DNA of 64,000 nt, taken from contig MU053873.1 in assembly GCA_013239625.1 (NCBI GenBank), positions 1,626,524-1,690,523 on the forward strand. The letters are read 5' to 3'. The notes under the pieces were generated by a model that ran no database searches, was not told where the DNA came from, and saw only the letters and a list, made by a program, of their open reading frames with translations. The stretch's first letter is position 1; the number at the start of each line of letters is the position of its first letter. This document shows positions 13,758 to 27,315 of the stretch, piece after piece. The DNA comes from Lama guanicoe (lineage: Eukaryota). The translations under genes and the position numbers were made by a program.

Positions 13758-14726
13758 AGCAGGGGCACGGAAATGGAATGCCCCTGTGTTAGACATCCCC
13801 CTGGACATCTGGAGCTCAGTTGGGATGTCAGGCTTTGGATTGGAGGTCTGCACAGCTCGAGTCCAGCTTTAGAGAGCAGTGCTGCTGTACACACGGGCCA
13901 GTGCCCACGGACTGTCTGTTCCCTGTACACAAGCAGATAAGGAGAGAAAGCAAGAGTAAGCGTTTTGAAACCTTTATAGCAATTGGACATTGCTGTGATA
14001 TTTTATTGCATTTTATAATAGTATTAGTTTTTAATAGATTGTAAAAAGCAAAAAATATCCAAACTGTCCCTTCACCAAGGTAGTTTTAGAAGCACTACTT
14101 TATAGTATATTCAGATCAGTCTAAGGTAATCAATTTTGGAATTGTTTGTTCTTTGGATTTATTCCACATATGCATTGTGTTTTAAGGCTTTTCATCTTTC
14201 TTTGGAAATAACTGATATAGTAATAATTACAGTAGTAATACCGTGATATAAATGCCCATATTTCTTCCCCTTCACTTTGGAACTTGGCTTCATCTCTTCA
14301 TTCCTTTTTCTCTTTCTCCTTATCTCCTGTTCACTTCTCGACCACCCTAAATCTGGCCTCTTCCTCCATCACTCTTCAATTTCTTTTGGTAAAGTCTCAG
14401 TGATCTTCTAAATGTTAGATCTGTCGGCCTCACCTTATACTTACTTCATTTACTTGAATTCCCCTCCCTGATGGCCATTCCTGACACCCTTCCTGGGACT
14501 CCTACTTCATTTGGCTGCCAGGGCCCCTCTTAGCCCTGGGGTTTTACTTCACAGCAACTCTATTTAGCAAAAACTAGATGTAAATCATTAGGAGCATAAA
14601 CAGTTTTGAAATTTTGTTCATTAATGGATTTAATAAACCACTGTGCTTATTTTGTAAGGAATCCTTTTATAATGTGAATAAGCATTTTCTTAGTTCTACA
14701 TGGGAAGTTTTAAAAAATTGTGGTTT

Positions 14727-14751
14727 TGTTGTTGTTGTTGTTGTTGTTGTT
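14727..14751. repeat. (GTT)n microsatellite
   Basis: Direct reading. Confidence 0.9.
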
Positions 14752-14967
14752 TGGAAATCAAACACACAGAGAGAGTAACATGACCTGATTCACTCTTAAT
14801 TTCTCTTTATCCCAAAGCATGAATGAAACTATGCCTTCATTTTAAGACATTTCAATTTTATTTGATTTACTTCAGTTGTCATTTACTGAGTGCTTTCGGT
14901 TGGTTAAGCCCTGGGCACATTAATTCCTTGTTAGAGAGGTGAAATGACTTCTCAAAGTTGCATGACC

Positions 14968-17900
14968 AACTTCTGCTTCTGGGGGAATGGAATAGACATA
15001 CTTGCTCCCTGTATGTGCCACTGAAAACTCTAAACATTATATATAAAAAAAATAAGACTCAGAAAGGTGGAGAGAAGAAGGCAGATGAGCTAGGGAACCT
15101 CAAGACCCAAGAAACAACATAATTGCAAGTTCTCTGTGTTTTCTTTTTACTTCATATGTCCCAGGCTGGGCATTGGAGAAGCCAGCAACTTGGAGATGCC
15201 ATGAGTACAGACAAAAACAAAACAAAACAAAACAAAAACAGTCCCAAGAAAAGCTTACTGTAGCCAAAGGATAAGTTTACCAATACAGAAAACTTCTAGA
15301 TGATGTGCTTTACTCCAGCTAAACACCACAGAAAGAATTGAGGACCCACCCCCACTAGCAGAGACTGACAGGAGAGCCTAAACTTTCCCCCTTGCCAGGC
15401 TGTAACAAGGCATCCCAACCCACCTGCTGGGGTAGTGCCAGGGAAGGGCAAGTGAGGAGTCAGAACTTTCATCCCTGCCAGCTAAAGCTGTTATCTCCTC
15501 TGTCCCCCAGCTCTGTAACAGTGGAAACCATGTGGGGAACCTAGACCTCCACCTGGCACTCCTCCCTTTCATTCTTGAGGTGGGGTTAGAGGAGACATAG
15601 TGGAGAGTCAAGACTCACATCACCAATCAGTGGACTGGGATATATAAAGCAAAAAGAAGACACAGAGAACTCGCCATTATATTGTTTCTTGGGTCTCGAG
15701 TTCCCCTAGCTCATCTGCCTTCTTCTAAAAAGACCAGGTTTCAGTTGAAACTTACTCATCATATCAAGAACCAGGAAGATCTCAAACTTAGTGAGAAAAG
15801 ACAATTAATAGACACTAACATCATGATGGCACAGATGTTGGTATTATCTGACAAAGATTTTAAAGCGAATATTACAAAAAATGCTTTAATGAGTAATTAT
15901 GAACATTCTTGAAACAAATGGAAGAAATGAAAAGCCTCAGGAAAGAAATAGAAGGTATAAAGAGGAATCAAGTGGAAATTTGGAACTGAAATATACAATA
16001 ACTGAAATAAAAATCTCAACAGATGGGCTCAACGGCAGAATGGAGAGGACAAAGGAAAGAATCAATGAACTTGAAGATAGAACAATAGAAATTACCCATT
16101 CTGAACAACAGAGAGAAAACAGACTGGAAAAAAATGAAGAGCCTTGGGGACATGTGGAAATATAACAAAAGATCCAACGTTTGTGTTATTTGAGTCCCAG
16201 GAAGAGGAGAAAGGGACTAAAAATGAATATGAAGAAATAATGGCTGAAAATTTCTCAAAACCGACAAGAAATATAAACCTACAGATTGTTCAAGCCAACT
16301 TCATATGACAAACCCAAGAAATCTATACCAAGACACACAGAAAACCAAAGACAAAAAATATCTTAAAATAACCAGAGAGAAGCAATGCATTACTTATAGG
16401 GGAGAAACAATTTGAATTATGGTAGAATTGTCATCAGAAGCCATGAAGGCCAGAGGAAGTTGCACAATATTTTTCAAATCCTGAAAGAAAAATTATTTCA
16501 ACCCAGAATTCTATAACTGGTGAAAATGGAAATTAATACATTCTAGCTGAAGGAAAACTATAATTTGTCAACAGCAGACCTACAGTAAAAAAAAAAAAAG
16601 GCTAAAGGAAGTACTCTTAACAGAAAGGAAATGCTCAAAGAATTTTTTAACATCAGGGAGGATGAACATGGGAAGAACAAAACTACAAGTAAATGCCATG
16701 GACTGTCTGATTGACAACAGTATATGGAAGGACTCAACAATATCACCAGCTAACAGGATCTGGTTGACATTTACAGAACACTCCAACCAACAAGGCAATA
16801 TGCACATTCTTTTCAAGTGCCTGCAGAACATATATCAAGGTAGACTATATCCTGGGCCATAAAACAAACCTTAGCAAATGTAAAATGACTGATATCACAG
16901 TATGTTCTCTGACCGTTATGGAATCAAACTAGAAATCAATAACAGAAAGATAGGTAGAAAAATCTCCAAACACTTGGAAACTAAAAACACTTAAATGGTA
17001 AACAAGTTAAAGAGAAAGTCTTAAAGATAATGAAAAACACATTAAACTGAATGAAAATGAAAATACAATGTATCAGAATTTATTGGAATCAACTAAAGTA
17101 GCACTCAAAGAGAAATTTATAGCACTAAATTGTTACGTTAGACAAGAGGAAAAATCTCAGATCAATAATCTAAGCTCCCCCTGAACAAACTGGAAGAAGA
17201 AAATCAAAATAAACCTAAAGGTAAGAGCAGAAATCAACGAAATTGAAAACAGAAAAAAAAAAAATAGGGAAAATCAATAAAACTAAGAGCTGGTCTAGTG
17301 AATAGATCAATAAAATTGGAAAACCTGTAGCAATACTGACAAAATAAAGAGAAGACACAGATTATTATTGGGAATAATAAAGGAATATCATTATAGACCC
17401 TGCAAATTATCAAAAGTATAAAGAAATACGATGAACAACTCTACACCCATAATTTGACAACTTACATAAAATGGACTAATTCCTTGAAAAGTACAAACTA
17501 CCACAACTTACCCAATGTGTACTAGATAATTTGAATGGTCCTATAACTACAAAGGAAATTAAATTCTTCATTAAAAACCTTTCCCCAGAGAAATCTCCAA
17601 GCCTAGATGGTTTCACTGGAGAACTCTGCCAAATATTTAAAGAAGAATTAACATGAATTCTGCAGTCTCTTCTAGAAAATGGAAGAGGAGGGAACACTTC
17701 CTAACTCATTCTGTAAAGCCAGAATTATCCTGATACCAAAACCAGGCAGAGACATTTAAAAAAAATGATACACAAACATATATATGAACACGTATATGTA
17801 ATGAATACAGATGCAAAATTCTTAAACAAAATACCAGCCATTAGAAATTAGCAGCATATAAAAAGAATTATTCACTATGACCAGAGGAGTTTACACCTCT

Positions 17901-18030
17901 GGCTCAATATTTCAATGCAAGACTGGCAAGAATGCAAGATTAGCTCAATATTTGAAAATCAGTCAATGTGAGCCATCATATTAACAAGCTCAAGAAGAAA
18001 AATCATGTGATCATATCAGTCAATGCAGAA
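14968..18030 (+). mobile_element. Old L1 (L1M-type) with 5' UTR, decayed ORF1 and internally deleted ORF2
   Basis: ORF1-like peptide LELKYTITEIKISTDGLNGRMERTKERINELEDRTIEITHSEQQRENRL (15899..16165). ORF2-like DNA ccaagcctagatggtttcactggagaa, ctgataccaaaaccaggcagagac and atatcagtcaatgcagaa. A-rich sense strand. Confidence 0.88.
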
Positions 18031-19189
18031 TGGAAAAGAGTAAAAAGATATTTCTAAGAAAAGATCACGGAGTCAGATAAGGTCAGAGCCAGGATTGAGT
18101 ACAAGGTCTTTTCCTCTTACCAAAGCTTGGTTACCATTCCGATCCCTCAAGAAATTTAACTGATTTTTTTTCTCGCAATTTAAAAATGCCAAATCCGGAT
18201 GCTGAAACTAGTGAACTCCTTTAGTTCTTCAGCCTGCTTGACTTCCAGAAGCAGTTGGAGCCGTTTTCAAGAGCCACCAGTATATTCTGTAGTTTACTGC
18301 ATTTGTCTTTGCTGAAGAGTTGGAGGCTTCCTCTGCCCTTGGCGCACTTGGCTTGTGACCTGAATAAAGCTGTCAGTGGGGCGCTTCCAAACATTGTCAG
18401 AGTCATGTTAGAAAATCAGAATATTGGTGTATCCTACCATTAAAAGGATCTTAGAACCATGGGATGTTAGGATTGGAAAGGCTTAAAAGAATTTTTTTCA
18501 GTTTAACTCCTTCACCTTATAAGAAAGTGAATATTTTTCACTGATAAGGAAACTTATGTTTGGGAAGATGTACTTACTAACCTGAAAAAAAAGAGAGCCA
18601 AGAGAAAAACACATTTCTCCAGGCTGTTAGTATGTTTCTGACCTATAATGAGGGTCTTCTTGAATCTGCAGGCTGAGGGTTATGCTTGTGAAGTATACTG
18701 AGACCACTGGATGAGTGGTTACAAATACCTTTCACCATTCAGTATTTCTATCTCAAAAGGATTGCCTTATTAAAAGGTGTAATTTTACGGCACAACAAAT
18801 CTGATAGTGCGTGGTGGCTTCTCCCACGCCACCCTCATGGATCTGCATCTGTGGCATTAAACATGAAACTCCAGGAGCCAAACTTCTGCAGTCGATTTTT
18901 TCATATCTTCTTGTTCCCTTCTTTTCTGTTTTTTATTGCACATAGCTGAACATTTTTCTTTTTCCCTAGAGTGTTACCCTTGGAGACTGTGGTAACTACA
19001 ATGTCACAACACTAATGGTTTGCCTCTAGCTAGTACTTGGCATAATGGCCACAAAGTTCTGAAATCAAAATTTCTGAATCTTTTGAGTAATGATTGGTAT
19101 CTTCCCCCTGTGCTGTTTTATGGATTAGTTCAGGGACAGAAGAAAATAATCCGAAAAAGCAATTGAATATTTAGTGCTATATAATAAAA

Positions 19190-19380
19190 ATTACAATAGC
19201 TACCATTTACTGAGGATTGATTCTATACCATGCACTGTGCTAAGCCCTTAATGTGCGTCTCACTTAATCCTTAGAACAACCTTTTGTAGGAGGTGTTATC
19301 ACCATCTTATGGATGAAGAAATTGAGGCTTGGAGAGGATAAGCAGCTTACTCAAGGTCACAGAATTAGTACAGGGTAGAA
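19190..19380 (-). mobile_element. MIR SINE
   Basis: aatagctaccatttactgag ... ttaatccttagaacaacc ... gatgaagaaattgaggct ... caaggtcacag. Confidence 0.8.
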
Positions 19381-20572
19381 ATATATATATATATATATCA
19401 TAAAATTGATCAAGGAAAGGAACTGGTCTTCAGCCAATAATATTTACCTCAGAAATACTTGAGTTTTTTTTTAGCTTAGAAACAGAACCAAGCCCATCAC
19501 CGTAATACTTAATTATTTGATAAATCTTTCAAATAAAAAAGGCCTTATTGGATTTTTCACTCAAGAGTCCTTGCCTGAACACCTCCCACACCGAGCACTG
19601 AGTTACATGCTTACACTGCAAGAACCACCAACATGTGTTGTTGGTATCCTGACTATTGCTGTTGTTATCCCAAAGCACCCAATTGCCTGCTCCTTTCTGG
19701 CCACAGACAATGTTGTGTGTCCCAGGAAGGCAAAAAAATCCCCCCAAAACCAAAATCCATAGGTCTGGAGGAACCGCTGTAGAGGTGATCAGTGCCTGAA
19801 GTGATTTAATCCACTCATGCAGAAAAACGGAAATTCAGATTTTCCAAAAGACAAAGCAGACTTTCAAAGATGGTTTTGCATTATTATCTTTGATAGAAAC
19901 CTTAAATAGCCAGCTATTTTTCTGCATCTAAAATATAGTTTGATTCACCCAGAAGTTTCTCATGCCTGGTTTTTTGAGGGCATATTTATATGTAAAGCTG
20001 GATACATATGTATAAAATTAGTATTCTATTGTCATTCAGATAGAGCGCACAAGATTATTAGGCTCAGTTGAAACTACTGACGCTGAGAAAAAACCATCAT
20101 CATTACCAAGATAAGACTGGAGCAGTTTCTGAAACATCAAAGAGGCAGTTTATTGTTACTTCCCTAGAGTGGTGGAGGAAGGCCAAAGCATCCTGGAGGT
20201 TGTAATGGATCTTCTGATTTTCCTCAGAAACAAACAAGGAGAGAAATAGCTTAATTCTTGGGGGAAAGGAGGGTAAGCGCGTTCTTCACACTCTGGAGAT
20301 TCGGGTGTGTGTTCATTAAGTTCAATCAGATGGTGACTAATAGGAAAAAGGAAAAGAACTACAAGGTGAAAAACAATGAGCTTAAACTTTCAAGTTTTTC
20401 ATACAAGATCTCAAATTATGCTGGTTCCTTTACAGATGTTAAACTTGCTATAAAGTCTGTCAAAATAAAAACATTTATAGATTCAGGAGAGTAAGTGATA
20501 TGATGATACTTACCAAAAGTAAATTAAGGAAACACTAGTAGTCCTTTTCTTCAGTAAAGAGCTTTACCATTT

Positions 20573-20742
20573 ACAGTCCAGGTACTTAGTGTGGCCCATG
20601 GGTCCATAACATCTCATCTCCTGGGAGCTTATTAAAAATGCAGACTCTCCACCCCACCTCAGACCTAGGAAATAAGCTTCCGTATGTTAACAAGGTCCCC
20701 AGTGATTCTTATGCACATTAAGGTTTGAGAAGTCTCAGTCTG
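20573..20742. mobile_element. MER5A-like hAT-Charlie DNA transposon
   Basis: ctgggagcttattaaaaatgcagactctccaccccacctcagacct ... aacaaggtccccagtgattcttatgcacattaaggtttgagaag. Confidence 0.8.
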
Positions 20743-20849
20743 CAAAGGACTTTTATGTGCATCGTCTTCCCTGCCAGGGCAGCACGAATGTAGGAGAAGT
20801 GATATTGACCTTACCACACTCAGGAATCACTTCCCTGCAGTGAGGGAAA

Positions 20850-21075
20850 TAATGGTAATGATGACAACTGGGGTTCCTTACGTCCCCGCTGCACGCCAGT
20901 CACTCTGCCCAGGTGAGCACAGCCATTTCATCCTCATCACACGCCATGAGGGAGGTATTATTAGCTCCATTTGACAGATGAGGAAAATGGAACTCAAGAG
21001 AGTTACTCACCCAAGATCACACAGCCAGGAAGTGCTAGAGCCTGGATAGTTCCCTGATCTCAGAGCCCCTGTTCA
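20850..21075 (-). mobile_element. MIR SINE
   Basis: ggtattattagctccatttgacagatgaggaaa ... cccaagatcacacagc ... ctagagcc. Confidence 0.75.
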
Positions 21076-21106
21076 AGAACATGCTGGGCTGAGAAAGGGG
21101 ATATTA

Positions 21107-21611
21107 CAGTGGACCTCAGCCTTGGCTGCATTTTAGAATTGCCTGGGGAGCATAACGAAACACTGATGCCCACTGTCTTAGTGTACTCAGGCTGCTATAA
21201 CAAAATACCACAGACTGTGTGGCTTGTAGACAGCAGAAATGTATTGCTCACAGTTCTGGAAGCTGGAAGTCTGAGATGAAGGTACCAGCATGGTAGGTGA
21301 GGTTGGGTGACCCTCTTCTGGATAGTGGCAGAAGCTGCTAGAGATCTCTCTGAAGCGCCTTTTAAAACAGCACTAATCTTATTCATGAGCATTCCACTTG
21401 CATGACCCAGTCCCCTCCCAAAGGCCCCACCTCTGATGGGGTTAGGATTTCCACATAGAAAATTTGTGGGAATAGAAACATTCAGACCATAGCACTCACC
21501 TCAACCCTCTGCTTAGAGATTCTGATTTAATTGGTCTGGGGTCCAGGCTTGGCACTGGAATTTTTAAAAGCTCCCCCTAAGATTTTAATGTGTACCCCAA
21601 AGTTGACACTG
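21107..21611. mobile_element. MER5-family DNA transposon split by an LTR (halves about 21107-21173 and 21495-21611)
   Basis: cagtggacctcagccttggctgcattttagaattgcctggggag ... | ... agagattctgatttaattggtctgggg ... tttttaaaagctcccc. Confidence 0.75.
21174..21494 (-). mobile_element. MLT1A-like solo LTR (MaLR)
   Basis: TG...CA termini; reverse complement starts TGCTATGGTCTGAATGTTT. 5-bp TSD cccac (21169-21173) / ctcac (21495-21499). Confidence 0.88.
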
Positions 21612-22267
21612 TTTGGCACTGTTGACAGAACCTGTCTTGGGGATAGTTTACCTGCCTCGGTTCACTTGTTGACAGGAAGACTTTGAGACAGCTGGCACTG
21701 AGAATGCCAGAGTAGTGGTGTAAATACCCAGAGCATTTAATGCATTGTTACATGCAGTAACCTCATTGTATTCAGGGAGAGAGAAATTGATTACAGCCAT
21801 CTAGATCTGGCTAACTCTCTAAAGGCAGATTAGGCATCTTTTGCAATCTTTATGATGATTGCAAAGTTCTTTTATATCACTCCTTACACAGCCTGGCTGT
21901 CATCTCCAAGCACCACTTAAAATCCTGTGTTTAGATCTGCATGTGGGTCTCAGTATTAGCCAAAGAAGTGTTGAAAATAGATACCAAACTCCAAATCGTG
22001 CTCTATCGTTTGGCAACAGGAGTTGGCCATTTCTTTATGTAAATACTTCATTTAATCCTTACCTTACCGTATTTCTCAGGTGAGCAAACTGAGGTTCAGA
22101 GAAAATAAGAAATTTGGTGGAGCTACACTTTGAGTTAGGTCAAAAAAAACTTTGGAGGATCTGATGTGAACCAAACACTGAGTGGAATCTCAGGGCTCTA
22201 GAAATGAAGAATGTAAGGTCATTTGCTTCATGGAGCTCACAGTCTTGAAGGGTAGATGAATGGGCTA

Positions 22268-22575
22268 GGGCAGCACTGTCCACTAGAAAGATAATGCAAG
22301 CTACAAACATAGTTGAATTTTTCCTAGTGCCCACATTTTAAAAGGTTAAAAAAAGTAAAAATAAATTTAACCATATATTTTGCTTGACTCAATACATAAA
22401 AGACTATCATTTCAGCATGTAATCAGTATGAAAATTAATGACATTCTTTTTGAAATGCCATTTGAAATCCTGGGTGTATTTAATATTATAGCACATCTCA
22501 ATTTGGACTAGCCATGTTTCAAAAGGTCAGTAGTCACATGTGGCCACTGGCCACCGTACTAGGCAGTACATGTCT
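22268..22575. mobile_element. MER33/MER3-like hAT-Charlie DNA transposon
   Basis: cagcactgtccactagaa ... atagcacatctcaatttggactagccatgtttcaa ... tagtcacatgtggccactggccaccgtact. Confidence 0.75.
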
Positions 22576-24744
22576 AGAGACATTGAGGAAGGCCTGTCTT
22601 TGTTGTTGTTGGAGGAGCAGAGGTCAGGGGAAGTTGGTTGTTTATTGCTACCATTTTCTACTCTAAATGGTACCTAAAAGCCCCCACCTTGGGCTAAGTG
22701 CAGTGCTATATTCCTTAGGCTGTATCTCTGCACACAGTGAAATAATGCAGCGTGCTTCTTAGACCTTTAGCTGTAAATGCTCTCATATATCAATTTTAGC
22801 AAAATACTGATTTCAACCTTTGACAGTGTTTCCCAGGCTAGCCTAGAGAAAAGTTACCTGTCTCCCCCAGGCCTCATGACCCACTGGTTCCTCCTGTTGG
22901 TTTTTAAGAATCAATCTAAACAATAATGGTTTCACTTTATTAGAATATTTTAAAAATTGGCAAGATCACAAACTGTGTTCTATAGAACTCCTCTTCCAGG
23001 AGATGTAGATAAGGCTTTCTGTAATTAAGTAATTTGAGATAGTAGATCCCCTTCCAGGAACTACATCCTGCATGTTAGCATGTGAAAGGCTCTGAGAAGT
23101 CCTATATTAGCTTTTATTGACCCATTGTTTCACACTCACTTCACCACGAAAGACACATGTGTCTCAAGACATCTGTTAGCATCTCATGGGACACAGCTAC
23201 TCCCAAAGCAAGGTTCAGAAAACACAAAATTACTTTTGATTACTTTTGTTACTTTGCTCTGACCTGTCTTTCCCACTAGCAGGGTAAGGCATAGAACTTT
23301 CCTTTTTCAATCCAAATTTACAATCTAATTTAATCTAATTTATAGTGCAAACTAATGAGTGACTCTTCAGGCCAACAGACCTTGAGAACTGCCTTTATTT
23401 CTGTGGAAATACTGTCTTTCCACCTACTTAGTCTGAAATCATTCTCTGTTTAAGTGAACCATTGTAGAGAGCAGACTTGAAGAGGAATGTAGAACAGGGA
23501 CTAACTTCAAATACCATGAGAGACTGAAACTGCTGCCCAAAACTGGGTTAGAAAACACTGGAAGCCCATAGTTCTCCATGGTCAAGCCCAACTATGGTTA
23601 CATTTGTGATTTTGATCAATCGGAGTATGTCCAAGGTCCAGCCCAATAATTAAAGTTTCATGATTAGATTATTTCATTATATTAAGGAAAGACCATTCCT
23701 TCTTTTGAGGAACCCTTCACTGGCAACCCAGGCACCATGTCGGTTAGGAGGTGTTATCAAGGGTGGGATGTTCATTACTTCAGAAACTGCAGGACTCTGG
23801 TCAGTGGAGAAACCGCTCAGTGCCGCACTAAACCGTTCCACACCTGCTTGGACAGAGAGCCAAACTCATTCTCTTTCTCCACGCCTCTTGAATTTTTTCT
23901 AGGACTAAAGTATTCTCTCTTATTTCATGTGTTGTTTTTGCCTCAGGGGTACAGTGTCTTTCAGTAATAGAGTTTCCTCAGTTCCTCTAAGGATTATAGA
24001 TGGGTATGTGCAATCTCTAAGCCCCCAGTGTGGCTTTTTTCACCTAATTTATGCAGATGCCTCATAAGAGAAAACTTATTCTTTTGTCTCTTACCCAGTT
24101 TTTTTGTAATGAGCTGTGCAGGATTTTTGTAATTTAATGGATGGGTATGTTTAAAGCATTTGTGAATTACTTATGAATATTTTTATGCTGAATACATTTC
24201 ATTAATGATTTTTTTTAAAAATCACTGTTAAGCCAATTAACCCTGTCTTATTAATGATTGGTGATAATCCTTTTTTTCAGCAGACCTCTATGAGCTATTG
24301 CAGACGAGCACATCATAAAAAGAAATACAAATCCTTTTGCTGAAAAGCCTACACGTATTGATCTGTACTATTTTCTGTTACTGAAGTTTATGGTGTAAAA
24401 GCACTCTTTATTCTCTTTTTCCCCACAAGAAGAGCCTTTGGAGGGCCAGTGGTCATTATAGTGAGCACCTAGTGGCTCTGGGGCTTCGTGTATTTTTTGC
24501 AGTGCCTCCGTTCCTCCACCTTTTGTCCCGCGAGCTTGTGCCTCCCCCGCCACGTCGTGAGCAGCAACCTGTGTTCATCACCTCTTGTCCCCGATGCGCA
24601 CTACAGTACTGCAGTAAATGTTTGCTGAAAGAATGATAAAGACATTTTAGCAAATTATGTCCAAGTCAACAGAGATTAATAAATCAACTTATTTTTCACT
24701 CTGGAGGGCTCACAGGACCTGATCCTAAGGAGATGAGATAGGAA

Positions 24745-24960
24745 ACAGGTACACACTAACAGTAACCAGCTGTCTGACTTTGGGTAGGTTGCTCCCCTTC
24801 TTTGTACTTCAGTTTCTCCATCTGGAAAATGAATGATTAATAACTTTGCATCCCCCCGAGTAATACTATAAAGATAAAGGGAAGAGAGATATGAGAGCAG
24901 GGTGAGCCCTTTGGAGGCGAGATCTGTGTAACACTCAGTTGCTGTAATTGCCACTGTTAC
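24745..24960 (+). mobile_element. MIR SINE
   Basis: gactttgggtaggtt ... cttcagtttctccatctggaaaatg. Confidence 0.6.
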
Positions 24961-25329
24961 TATTCCTCCAGGGTGTGCAGTGAATTCACTCTACTCCTTT
25001 GAAGAACACAGAGGAGAGCTAGCAGGGTGGAGGGTTCATACTGGTGAGACATGGAAGATGAGGTTGGTTAAGCAGTTTAGAATCCGTCTTTTCAGTATTG
25101 GGAAAACTATGGGACTTTGTCTCAAAGAATTACTTCCCCCTACTTCCATCCTAAGTTGATGACATACATGAAGGCTCAGGAGAGTGATACAGAAATGATT
25201 TCTAAGTCACTGGACATGATAGTGCCTCCTCAAATTCCACCTCCTCTCCCTGTATCTTGCTCACAGAAACCTTGGTTTATTGCCCAGTTGCCATTAAATG
25301 CTGTCAAATATACTGGTAAAGAACTTGAA

Positions 25330-25545
25330 CTCTAGGATTAGATTGCCTGAGTTCAAATTCCAGCTTGCTACTTTCTCGTTGCATGACTTTGGGCAAGTTC
25401 CTTAACCTCTCAGTGACTCATCTGGAACATGAGGATAATTATAGTACTCAACTCATATGCTCCTGTGAGAATTACCTCAACATATGAAATGTCTGAAACA
25501 GTGCCTGGCACATAGTAAGTCCTCAGGAACTTTAGCTATTAATAT
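25330..25545 (+). mobile_element. MIR SINE
   Basis: gcctgagttcaaattccagct ... gactttgggcaagttccttaacctctc ... aacagtgcctggcacatagtaag. Confidence 0.85.
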
Positions 25546-26751
25546 TAAAATGGATATTATTAATGCTGGGAATTGAACTAGGCATTATATACATGATATT
25601 CTGTCATCTAACAATAGGTCTAAGGCCGAGATTTGGCCAAAGCTGAATCCCACTGGAGCACAAACTCTGTACTTGATTTATGAGTAAATATTAGATACAG
25701 CTCCTTTATTTGAAGGTTAAACAGGGATAAAAAGAGAGAGAAGTGAAAAATTGCTACAAAATAAGGGAGAGGCAACACTGATTCTCAGAAGGTAAGCACA
25801 CATTTAAATACTGTTTACTGCAGGAACTAAGAGAGGTTTACATGAGTTTGGTATCCCTAGTAGGTGCAAAAAGACATGAAGCAGGAGTAGAAAATCAGAA
25901 GGAGAAAGCATATTGACCTGGAAAAAAAGATCAAGTGGAAAGGAAGGCAGATGACAGGAGGAAGAACTACAGGGAACCTGAAAATGGGAAGTCTGCAGTA
26001 AAGGTAGACCGAGCAGAAGTGAGCCAGTGAGAAGCTGAGTCAGTGAAGTGGAGAGTTAGTCTACTCTAATGTACAAAAGAAGAACAAAGAAGTGAAGGCA
26101 AGAATTAGGAAGTGTTAGCACAGGGCACTGAGGGTCTTTTTCTCATCTTGCTCCCACATTTCAGTTGACTGGTGTATTTATTGTAAGGTGGCTTTTACTG
26201 CCAGAGACGTTTGGACCTGCCTTGTACCTGTCAACTACTCTTCTTTGGCTCCTTGACCAATACCAGGAAATTTGTTACTTTTGCCACCTCCTTCACCCTC
26301 CATTTCAGATGAAATCTCTTGTCCAGCGTGATACCCCTGAAGGCCGTAACTGATGTCCCAGCACTTCCCAAGAATGGCTTATTTTTATGCTGTTAAAACA
26401 CCTTTAGAAGTTAAAACATTTTTTTTATTCTATAAAGCAGAGCTGTAGAGAGCAACATAATAACTATTTTCATTAACAAGAAACTTGAAAAATGATTGTC
26501 TTTAAATTGCCTTTAAACCCGTATTGAATGACCTAATTCTAAGCAAAGACCTAATGGTAGGTATCTGTCATCAAAGTTCCTTTAAATTATCTTCTTTTAA
26601 AAACCTGGTCTTCTTTTAATTATGTTTAAAAATCAGTACATATAATATGATCTTCATAAAATAAACAAAATAATCCATACCAACAGAAAAACAGATTGCT
26701 AGGAACTATACTAAAATGTTAGCAGTGATTATCTCACACAGTCATGGAGTA

Positions 26752-26800
26752 AGATAAATAGGTAGATAGGTAGGTAGGTAGATATCGGTAGATAGATAGT
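26752..26800. repeat. Imperfect (GATA)/(GGTA)n tetranucleotide repeat
   Basis: Direct reading. Confidence 0.75.
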
Positions 26801-26839
26801 TTTTCTGTATTTCATGTTTTCTACATTGAATATAATAAC

Positions 26840-27315
26840 AGTATTGTCTAAGAAACAGGAAATCTGATTTACAATAGCTTAAAAAAATAGGGGCTTATTT
26901 TTCTCACAAAATAGTAAGTATGAGACACCTGACAGTGGTTCAGAGATTAAGGGATAACAGGGCCTATTACTCTGCAGTTCCCTTGGCCTTTCTTTCATGC
27001 TAGTCTCATATGCCTCATGGTGATATGGTAGCTGCTGAAGCTCTAGGCATCATGACTTGCTCAAATCAGAAGCAGGGGACACTGAGCCAGCTGCTTCTGT
27101 ATCCTTTTATCAGAAAAGTAAAAGCAAAAGCTTTCTCTAAAATGCCCACAGACTGCTGCTTTTGTCTGCGGAGCATTGTAGTGTCACTTGACCAATCGTG
27201 ACTGCAAAGGAGGCTGCGAAAGTCAATAGTTGGCTTTCTAGCTCCATAGCCAGAGGCAGCAAGGGAGAAGAAGTTGAAAATGAGTGCTGGGTGAGCCAAA
27301 CTTTGCTGTCTGCTA
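26840..27315 (-). mobile_element. Old MaLR LTR (MLT1J/K-like)
   Basis: aacaggaaatctgatttacaatagcttaaa ... ttatttttctcaca ... atggtagctgctgaagctctaggcatca. Confidence 0.55.
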
